Shown in pieces: positions 54,075 through 64,000 of a DNA stretch of 64,000 nt. Position numbers and translations under genes: made by a program. A model generated the notes under the pieces. It saw nothing but the letters and a program-made list of their open reading frames with translations, ran no database searches and was not told the origin of the DNA. Source of the DNA: Macrostomum lignano (lineage: Eukaryota). Position 1 is the stretch's first letter. Each line of letters begins with the position of its first letter. Where the stretch lies: assembly GCA_002269645.1 (NCBI GenBank), contig NIVC01001035.1, forward strand, positions 186,001-250,000. Reading direction: 5' to 3'.

Positions 54075-54627
54075 TTTTCTAAACTTTTGTGTGAAACTTT
54101 TCGGCTCTTCCGAAAAAATACATTACGGATATAGGAGGTTTTCTTTTTTCAGCACGAAAGATGCTGTTGCTTTTGATAGGAGGCAGACCCAATGTTCATC
54201 TTTTGATATTCCTAGAAGACATTGACTTGTTGATCCTTAACAGATCTTATCTATCTTCTTGGGTTGCTGCACAAGTACTTGCAAGAACGTGCAAGATCTT
54301 CGCTATGATAATACTTAGGCAAACTTACCAGATCTTGGCGATTTGCTACATCGAACAAGATCTTAACTTTTATATCTTTTTATAGCTTTGAATCGCATAT
54401 TTTAATAAATTTATTGTCCCATTTTTCCATAAAATAAAAAGTAATAAAGCTAGAATACTGTTTAAATGAATGACAAAACAAATGTACCCCCCTTCCTAAG
54501 ATCCGGCAACAACCGAGCAGATTGAGAAGATCTGCTAAGAATGGCACAGAGACAAGATCTGCTAAGTTTGAGAAACAGAAATGTCCTCTAGGGATGTTTT
54601 GATTTTCTTAAAGCCTTTTCGTTCAGA

Positions 54628-54932
54628 GGGGTTATAGCTTAATGATTAGAGCGTCGAACTCACAGCTTGAAGGTCGGGAGTTCGAATCCTGATCCTATTG
54701 AAAAAATCTGTGTCCTTGAGCAAGACAATTAACTCTGCATTGCTTCAGTTCACTCAGCTGGAAAAATGGGTGCCAGCATTAGCTGGGGTAATATCGACCC
54801 CCAGTCCGTACACTGAACAGCCGTACTCAGCCTTCAGATGCGCCGCGCAATAGCTGCGGCTGAGCTGTTATGGTTTCGCATCTGGCTCGACCGGGGCATG
54901 TGTAATCAAATAATATTACTATTATTATCATT
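54628..54932 (+). mobile_element. tRNA-derived SINE, copy 3 (full length, AT-rich tail)
   Basis: A box TAGCTTAATGATTAGAGC, B box GTTCGAATCC, CORE-like body and TATT-rich tail. Confidence 0.88.
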
Positions 54933-55559
54933 TAGAATATAATTCTATGCTAATTTTATATATTTTGAATAGAAGTATATCCTGTACATGTCCCGTACCT
55001 AAAAATCATAAAAATATCAATAATATAATCAATATATTATAAATAATAATATATATCAAAAATTATAAAACAAATTAGAGCTGAGATGCGCTATTCTTTG
55101 GTTATTAGGCACATGACATGTACGATTGTATGGCTCGTACGTAGGATACAAAATTGACAACACAGAATCCTAGTTTTCTGCCAATAGCTACCACTGGCAC
55201 TGGTTTGTATTTAAGCAGTAGCTGTGCAGCACTAAGCTATAAATAAGAGCTATAACTTTCGTGAAAATCTCGAAAAATGCTCTATTAGAGAAAATGCTGA
55301 ACAATGTGCCCCCACAGCAACAAATGCTACGCATACTCCGCTGGGCATAAAAGCAGAGACTTTATCAAAAAAGCAAGTGGCTTGCACATTCGCTTGCACA
55401 ATAAATGAACTTAACGCAATGCTCTGTAAAAAAACTGCAGCCGCAGAGCGTACCCTCGTACTAGATAGTTTATCTACCTACAAACCTACAAAAATATTTA
55501 CCCACAAACTGTCTCAGCTGTCCAGAAAGGATCTTGTTTACCACATTTCACCTCAAGCA

Positions 55560-56539
55560 ATGTGCGTCGGCTTTACAAACGGCTACTCGGACTTTGCGTC
55601 GGACAGAGTCGAAGAAGCGATCGTTGCCGCCGTGCCTGGGTCCGCCGTCAGCTTCAACAGAATCGGCTTCTTTCACTTCGCCGTTTTCCTGGGCTGGGCC
55701 TGGCCCAAGGGCGACGACTCGGAGCCCATTCCGCTGCTGTGCCACCTCTCCGGAGACGCCAGCACGAAGCCGATGGCGTCTGTTCGACTTGACGACTTCA
55801 GAGACATCGTCCAGAGCTGCACCATCCGGGTGTACAACTGCAAATGCAGCGCGAGCAAGAGATCTCAGGTGATCCTCAATTGCCTCTATCTAGTTGGCAA
55901 GGCTGGCTACAATCCGCTGACCAACAACTGCGAGCACTTTGTGAGAGATATGATTTGCGGTCAGAGCACCAGCTATCAGGCCGTTTGGACTCTTGCAGCT
56001 CCGTTAGTTCAGCTGCCGCGAATTCTTCTGGGTAGCGCTGTAGTCGGGGCCGCCACTTCGTCTGCTTCATCGAACTGCGCATCCAAATTTGAGGAGAATC
56101 GGTAAATGTTGAGAAATTGTTTACTTTTTCTGCATCCTGATGCATGGTTATTCACTGCCTGCTTACCCATTTCAGATCACTGGGACTTCTTAATCCGGAA
56201 AGAGATCTAATAGAGATTATATTGTCAAAAAAGCATGGTTTACATTTACAAGGCGTCAAGTTGAATTCTGTCTGCACAAGGGAATTCGGAGGCTTAAGCA
56301 CGTTTCCAATGCAGTTTCTCTACACCTGCAGAAGCTGCAGCGGCAGTGAAAAGATGGCGGTGTGCCGGCCATGCCAGAAGCTTTGCCATGCGAAATGTAT
56401 TTTTCGAACTGGAATTGTGTCTGAGAATGTGTGCCGGTGCTCTCACGCCATGAAATCAGAGGCAGTGCAGCTGCCTCTGCAACTGGAAGAGTCTACTTCA
56501 TCAGTCGAAGGCGACGGCTCTCTCTCATCTTCTTGTTAG
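55560..56539 (+). CDS. Gene K: LRAT plus UBR-box-like finger (near-identical to gene I); exons 55560-56101 and 56176-56539
   Basis: Same motifs and intron as gene I. Confidence 0.87.
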
Positions 56540-57969
56540 CCCTTATTTTACAAAAAACACATATTGTTTTACACAACTTTATACTTTGGACTACATTATG
56601 TTTCCTTAATGTTTCTGTTTATCAGTGAGAAAGATTCTGGGCCCGTTCTATGAAGCCATCGTAAGATAAGATCGTTCTTAGCTCCTACATGTATCTCCGC
56701 AGTGAAAAAGTTCCGACTTACGATCGAACCTACGCTACGACAGCTTTATAGTACGACCCCATTATTCTTATGCTATGAATCTTTTTAACTGATATTTTAG
56801 TAACAATCCCGAGCTTCATAATTCTTTCAGTTTTCTGTACAGCTTTTATTATTGTTAAAGAAAATTAAGACGTTTTCGATGGTTTTGAAGCAAATATTTT
56901 TAACTAACCACATATGAGTACACGTGCTTTTTACGGCACTTTCTGAGTGTATGTGACAGAGTAAACTAAAGAACCACCAGTCTACTAAGACGTTTATAAA
57001 ATTGAGTAGCGGTCCAAATTTACTGCTAGTAGCTCGTAGTAGCTATTGTAAAATAATGCAAATAGACCAATTTAAAGCCAACAGTATACTAGTAGTTTGT
57101 TTCCGTGTTGTGTACGCAGCTAGTCAAAAAGGAAATACAAAAAGCTTACTAAACTATTGTTTGCAATAGTATAGAGAGACAGTATACCCACTGTCTATGA
57201 AAGTTCTGAAATATGCATGCCAGGTGATTAAAGCAACTAATATGACTGAGCAACTCGCTGTCCATGCACTCGTCATTGCGAGCTAGAGGATTTCTAAAAT
57301 GGGCACGGAAGTACGGAATGAAAGGGAAGATAAGTAGAAGCCTTTACAACTGTGGCAGTCGGGCTTGAAAGTACGAAATGCAAAAAAACATGTACATTCT
57401 GCATTTAATGTACGTTATTGGTTCCAACAGTCTGCGTGCTAATACTAGCTGTGGTAAGCTTGGGAATAAGGAACTTCATTTTTCGATTTTCTTTCAAGCT
57501 GAACTGTAAATATCTTTGAATATAAAGTCCATGGAAAATCCTCAGAAATTCCATGGAAAATCCGTGATAAACCTTAGAATCATATAGCTCGTTGTCCTTG
57601 AAACTTTATTTCCAGAAAAGTGCATTCTTTTTCATGATGTCGAGCGTATTTCTCGCGAACTACGCTTGCTAATTACTTGTTCAAATCAGTTTTACACGCT
57701 TGCATCTCATCTATATGTTTATGCAGATAGCTGAAACATCGTTAGTCGTTATAACCTTTCCTGCCTACCCATTCCTGGCAATCCCTCACTGTGGATCCCG
57801 TGCACACCAGAGGCTTCTGTGGAGTCCCAACACACCTGCTGCACAATACAATCTACTGCCATCCTGTGTAAAAGGGTTTCACTGTACATGTAGATGGCAC
57901 AACTGGTACATCTATTGATAAATAAAGGTAAATATCAACATGAAGTTATTTATTTCTTTATTTGAGTTG

Positions 57970-58009
57970 CCGATGCATTTCGTCCATTTGCATTAGGACA
58001 TCGTCAGGG
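57970..58009 (-). ncRNA. Candidate minimal type-I hammerhead ribozyme (Penelope-like element type)
   Basis: Minus strand CC-CUGACGA-U-GUCC-loop-GGAC-GAAA-UGCA-UC-GG: conserved core, stem II and a palindromic helix III. Confidence 0.7.
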
Positions 58010-58963
58010 TCTTTTTATTTAAGAAACAATTTACTTAATTGAAAAAGTTTTACATCCATTGAAGTTACAAAATATTGTGCCAATTATTAAAACACTGATA
58101 GCAACTCATTCAAGAAGATGAGTAAAACAAGCTAATAACCAAAGAGAGGTCCAACCGATTGAGCAGATGTCCAAACTCCAGACTTTTAAGAATCATCACC
58201 TGTAATGCACCAAGGGATACAGGAGGAATCGTTTACGCATACTGCACTAAAATGTCACAGGAAGGAAGGAGGCCGAAAAACAGCACATCCGTGAATGTTT
58301 GACATCTGATGATTTCAAATATGTATGAAACGTAGACACGAAGAGAGTACACAAATCGATGCTGTGGGAGCTTGAGCTTGCTGGTGCTGCAATAGCGCCT
58401 ATGGAAACTGCTTCGGGTAAAAATACCAGGAGCCTATCACGAGATTTGCCTGCTAAGCAAAATAAATTTTATTCCTGGCGTTAAGCTATTAAAATATTAT
58501 GCGCGTCCAAGCGTTGCCCAGGTGCTAAAATTTTTATTCTGTTCTCAAAGTAGAAGAAGCTGGTATTATATTATATTTTAATTTTTCAAGTTTTCCATAA
58601 TGAAATAAAATGTGCCAGTTGGCTTTGCTCAGCTTTCCTTTTGTATGCAGCGCACCTCACCTCATAACAAGCACGAGTACTCGATGGGTACTTGAGTACA
58701 TATGTGTATATTAATATTAACTATGCTCAAATGTTATTTATCTCAGGATTAGAGTTTAAAAAGGGGAAGTTCGCACAAAAAAGTTTGGGTTTTTGTATAC
58801 TGGGACTTTGTGTCGGAAATTCCGTGGAACTACCGCGGAAAATTCATGCAAAAGACACTAAAACTTGAATAAAAATTACTTGATTTCAGCATGCAGCTAT
58901 AGAACACAGCTTTCCATATTGCGAAAACGGAACTCCTGCAAGCAAACAGAGCTAACAGCAGAC

Positions 58964-60013
58964 ATGTGCGTTGGCTGGACTAACGGCTACAGAGACTTCG
59001 AATCTGTCGAATCTGCTTTGAAAGCCATGACTCCAGGCTCGGCCATCAGCTTCAACAGAATTGGCTTGTATCACTTTGCGATCTACTTGGGCCTAGCTTT
59101 TCCCAGGGGCGGGAATTCGGGGCCGATTCCTCTGATCTGCCACCTCTCAGGTGGTGCCAGCACGCAGCCAAAAGCATCCGTTAGACTGGATGACTGCAGA
59201 GCCGTTGTGCAGAATTCTACTATTAGAGTGTACTGCTGCAGTTGCAGTGAGAGCAAAAGGGCACGAGTGATCTGGGAGTGCCTCTGGAGAGTTGGCGAGG
59301 AAGGGTACGACCTGTTCTTTAAAAACTGTGAGAGCTTTGTGCGCTATGTGATCAACGGGGTATCCGTCAGCTATCAATCTCTTTGGACTGCGGTGGTACC
59401 ATTTATTCAGATTCCCCGGTTTATTATCGGAGGAATCTCCGGAGGATCATCCTCTTCGTTGGCCTCATCAAGCTGCGCATCGTACTGCTTAGACAATTTG
59501 TAAGCTTGTGTGACGCATGTTGGTAATGGATAAATAATCAGCGGTCCCAGTGCGTGACAACGATTGTCTGGCGAGCGCCGGTAGGCGCGAGCCATAGACA
59601 AATCGTTGTCACGTGATGCGACCGCTGATTCTTTGCATTGTTTTTCTGTTTGACGATCCTACAGACAATGCATTGTTTGTAGCAATGGATTGTTCTGCAC
59701 TAAAAATGTAAATAATGATCGTCAAATTGCTAAACAATGAGCATTTTATGCTAAAAAGCTGAGCATTTTACTACGTCTATTGACTATTGAGAGACTATTG
59801 ACTACTTCTTTCTGTACTTTAATTTATTTCGCAATTTAAAGACACATCCGAAAATCTTTCAGAGACTACGGACTGATGGACCCCGAGGGTGATATGCTCT
59901 TGATTTCGGTCTCGAGTAGCGGCCTGCAGGCATCTGTAAAAGCTTTCCCCTCTTCGTATTTTTTTCGACTCGCTGAATTTGCTACATTTCTTATGGAGAG
60001 TTTTTCAGACTGA
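58964..60013 (+). CDS. Gene L: LRAT with a truncated second exon (no zinc finger); exons 58964-59499 and 59863-60013
   Basis: YHFAIYLG, ICH, KNCESF. Phase-2 intron. Exon 2 DYGLMDPEGDMLLISVSSSGLQASV is homologous to the start of the finger exons, then stops. Confidence 0.78.
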
Positions 60014-62236
60014 AGTTTAACGCTCATTCATCAATACGTTGTAACTTCTCATCTATTTACCTTTCGTTACGCTCGTACTCTAGCAATTTGATTGTAGCTC
60101 ATTTTGGTGTGTAGCCAAGGCTTGAAGTTTTCCAGTTGAGTTGAAAAGTAAAGTGCTAGGTGCGCACAGTTGCTTTATTTATATTTTTGCTATTTAAGAA
60201 AAACTGCATGATCGATATTTTACCTACACTAGAAAAACTGCACGATTGATAAATAAAAGAGCTAGAGATATCACGTGATTAATAATACATTACACAGATA
60301 ATTTATCAACTACTCTACTTAAAGTGGCAGTATGAGAAATAGACAATAATAATAATAATAATATAGTTATCATATACGTTATAGTAGAAATATTAGCGTA
60401 AAATATTATCTATCATTAAGTTGGTCTGTCAGGTTACACGACACAACACATTTTGCACTGTTATTAAAATCAATCGTATGTTTTGTACTCAACACATCTT
60501 TTAATTATACGCAAAAAATTATTTATTGACCTTAGGATTGCTAAAAATGCTTTGTCTTTGTACCCTATGATCCCATTCTTTGATATCCAGCCAAAGAGCA
60601 AAAGAGCAAAAGAGAGTAAAATCAATACCAGGAAAATCCGAAAAAAATTACGGAGCAACTTGCAAAAGTCCAATATGTATTTTTCACTTTTCGTTAACTA
60701 ACTATTCTAACAGGATTATAATTTCAGTTAAATAGGCCGAAGTGTGAAAAGTGTATAAAAATGACTTTCACATTTCTGCTTTTGACGGTTGCTTTAAAGA
60801 TAAAAATTTTTTCCCTATTTTCTACTCAGTTTTTCCTGAATGTATTTTTTCTATAATTCTTCGAGTTCTAAAACTGTTAGACAGATAGTTTTTTTTAAAT
60901 CGCGCGATGGTCTCAAATCTGATAATTTTTGTATGTACACAAATTCATATCTCAACAATCCAGTTTCTAATCTAGATTACTGACTTGGAAAGTCCCTGAT
61001 AGTAGTGAAGTTGCTTGTAATAAAAGGCTTTTTAGATCTTTTATATGGAATTAAAAACTATTTTAACACGATTTAATTATTGTAAAAGCGTGCATTAAAC
61101 GCAAAAGCGTGCTTAAACGGCTCGTAATCGTGTATTGGCTAGAGTCATTTAATCTACGAGAAATATATATAGTGACAAGCTGTTGAAACCCGCGGATTTT
61201 GAACCCGGGGAAACTCCAATCCCCGGAACTATTTTTGCATGTATTCTAAAATCTGAGGTCTAACTCAAACAAAAACAAATGGGTTGGGGTCAGGCGTGGC
61301 TAAGCATCCCGTAATGGATGCTTACGGGATCGCAGCATGGGTCTGCTCCATGTGACTGTTATTTCCTTCGACCTGTCTGACGTCTATGGCCCAAGTTTTT
61401 GTCTATGGCCCAAGTTTGTGTTGACGAAATCATCAATCGTCTATGGCACAAGTCTGGCGACAAAAACCTGTTTTGAAACTCTAAATATACACGGCTGGCG
61501 CGAGGGTGGAAAATTTTCAATGTTGCTGAGCTATGAGATATGTAGCTATGTAGCTATGAGATAGGAGAAGAGAGGAAATAAAAGAGAAGAGGGAAGAGAG
61601 AGGACAGAGGAGAGAAAGGAGAGGAGAGAAGGGAGAGAAGAGGAGGAGAGGAGATCCGACTTGGTAGCTGAGATAAATTGAAACACCAACCTTCAGCCAT
61701 TGTGGATTGCCATTGTGAAGTTTAAAAGGACCCGAGGGTCGGATAAAGAGACTTCGTGAACCGCATATATAACCTTCGGGCTGGAGTTTGCCAACCCAGC
61801 TACAGGGTTTATGGTATCGCTTCATTCGCTCAGTATTGTTGAATAGCTACAAATATGACTGCTCCGAGAAGGAAAAATTATGACCTAAGTGCATTGAAGA
61901 TTGAATGTACATGAGAGCTTAATTCGTACTCTCGCGATATCTCTGCTGCGCTCATTGCAGTGTGTACTCGCCATTCTGAAGTACCGCATTATGGGCGCAA
62001 AGTCTGCTTCTGTCTAACTCTTTCTCTATTCGCGTACTTTGGTTATTTTATTTTTTAACAACCAAATCGAGCTTTCCGCAGTGGCGCCCACCCACAGAAA
62101 CCATTTTTTTTAATTCGAAAAGAATTTAACAGTTTCTGAGTTTTTTTTTCCATTTGGCAAATTGATTTGAAAATTAAATTCCTTAAAAAGCTCTGATTAT
62201 CTAACAACACGTTAAGACTATTAGCTTGCAAAAACA

Positions 62237-64000
62237 ATGTCCCGCAAGCACTGCCAGAGCTGTGGCTTCAAGTTCGATGAATCCTGGACAGCCCACTGCT
62301 CCAGGTGCGACACGACTTTCGACTTCAACGGGGACGTCAGCAATGCCCTGTGCAAGTCGTGCGGCCAGGAGGCCTTCATAATGCAGGACGAAGTGATGGA
62401 AATTTGCAAGTTCTGTCTCAGAGCTCTAGAGGCAAGTAAATTTCAAAGATAATTTATGCTCAAAACCATTTTAATGTGTCTGCTTAGCACTTAACCGTCA
62501 ACTTGAATGCCCTGCAGACTGGAGAAGAAGGCAGAAAAAATGAAGCCACTGGAACTTCCTGTGCGTCAGACAAACCGGAATCTGGACAGAAGAATGACGA
62601 ATTCACATCCGATGTAAGTTGCAATGAGGTACAGATTTTATTTGGGTTTTAAAACTGAGCGTTTACAGAAGCTTTAACAAATTACACTCTGCATGCGCTA
62701 ATTCACTCTGTTATCACGAACTCTTACTTCAGAACGACCAAGACGAACTCTGGAGATGCGTGGGCTGCGTATGCGGCAACCAAGACCCTCACAGTTTCAA
62801 ACTAAGCACATGCAAATGGCCAACCAAATCTTATTACTGTCTGGACTGCAGAGAGCCGTACAGCGCTTTCATTTGGGACACCGAACTACGCTGGGACCAG
62901 TGCCCCAGGTGCAATGGTGACAAAGTTCAGGTTGACAAAATTGCAACGGGAGGTACCATGATTGAATGCCAAAATTGTTCTAGTAAAATCTCAAAGCAGA
63001 GATTCGATTTGCTACATCAAGAGGTGAAAGATAAGTGCGAGAATGAAGAGAGAATAAAAGATGGACAGAAACAGCTAAATGAGACTTTCGAGTGCCAATA
63101 CTGCGGTTCTGCTCAGGTTCAATTTGTACTCAGCGAGACCGAAGGCAAGCCGTGCGTGCTGCAACAGTGCGGCACTTGCAACAAAACAAAAATTCTATTA
63201 GCTTGGGACAAAGAAAATGACCAATTTGAAACTGCTGCAGACGACGAGAAAGACAAACAGAGCGACAAGAAAATAGCTGCGATTCCAGAGAAATATAAAA
63301 AGCTGTCAAAGTGCTGCGGAAACTTCGCCAGCCTCCATCCGGTAGAAGGGGATCCCGACGATGACCTGCTCGTGTGCGATCAGTGCGATCAAACTATCAG
63401 TCTAAGAAGCTTCGATGATTGCCAAATCCCGCAAACAGTCTCGGCCCTCCGACGTGCGGTCAAGGGCCGGTTCTCCAGAGGCAAAATGGGGCGCCCGTAT
63501 GCCTGTGTCAAGGTTAGCGACATAGACGAGCTGAAGCCGGCCGACCAGCTTGACTTTCGGAGGTCTTTGTACTCGCACCACGCTATAGTGGAAAAGACAC
63601 TCCCCGACTCCAAGGAAGTTCAGGTTATCGAATATACTGGCGAGTCAAACAGGCCAACTATTCAGGCCTTTTTGAATCAGCTGCCAACAAAGGCTTGCAT
63701 AGCAGAGAGCACTTTAAAGCTTCAAGACATTGTAAAATGCATGCACAGAGTTGACTATCACAGTCTAGACTGCTTCCACCCGAAAACTGTGCTGGAACGG
63801 GCGAAGAAGCGAGTCGGAGAGAAACAGTACCACGTCGTGGGAAGCAACTGCGAGCACTTCAGCAACTGGGCCAAAGCCAATGTAGCATTGTCCCGTCAGG
63901 TAAAGAAGAAGCAGAAATGGGCTCTGAAGAAGCTCGGCCGCTGTGTGACTAGGATTACGGACATCGGGGATAGGCTTCCGAAGGACGGATCGAGCAGGGC
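62237..64000 (+). CDS. Gene M (runs off the window): multiple CxxC zinc ribbons plus a classical LRAT/PLAAT domain; exons 62237-62431, 62518-62613, 62733->64000
   Basis: The open frame from 62733 reads ...ELKPADQLDFRRSLYSHHAIV...AKKRVGEKQYHVVGSNCEHFSNWAK. The first intron is GC-AG (GAG/GCAAGT). Confidence 0.85.

Larger units (their letters stand above)
45910..57480. repeat. Segmental duplication of the divergent H/I gene pair (~45.9-49.6 kb versus ~52.8-57.5 kb)
   Basis: Colinear coding and non-coding matches, including the shared MITE downstream of genes I and K. Confidence 0.9.

Noticed and set aside
54628-54700. tRNA gene
   Set aside because: The tRNA-like head continues into a shared SINE body found three times, and no complete cloverleaf is evident.
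61300-61331. Overlapping inverted repeats TAAGCATCC/GGATGCTTA and ATCCCGTAA/TTACGGGAT
   Set aside because: Short and single-copy in the window, probably part of the adjacent DNA-transposon relic. No function can be supported.

Overview
Eukaryotic (animal) genomic DNA with spliceosomal introns. The TE content and gene style suggest an invertebrate, possibly a Macrostomum-like flatworm; this is an inference and not established from the sequence. 183-14550 is a full-length minus-strand Ty3/Gypsy LTR retrotransposon (CTCC TSD, gag, -1 frameshifted pol, extra ORF). A near-complete APE-RT LINE is nested in its integrase tail. The element sits in an almost CpG-free 4-kb block upstream of four exons of syntaxin-16 (18590-22472). 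From 23.0 kb to the window end lies a tandem, innate-immunity-like cluster. It holds 12 LRAT/PLAAT-type (permuted NlpC/P60) genes, 11 of which start Met-Cys and carry a phase-2 intron after the LRAT exon. That intron joins the LRAT exon to a UBR-box-like zinc finger (8 genes), an intact caspase (with a dead LRAT), a pseudo-caspase (with an intact LRAT) or a short tail. An ankyrin-repeat/Mab-21 cGAS-like nucleotidyltransferase gene is embedded in the middle. The cluster also contains SINEs, MITEs, LINE and BEL/Pao relics, micro- and minisatellites and a candidate minimal hammerhead ribozyme. All exon structures were derived by hand from GT(GC)-AG sites and frame continuity; none is transcript-verified.
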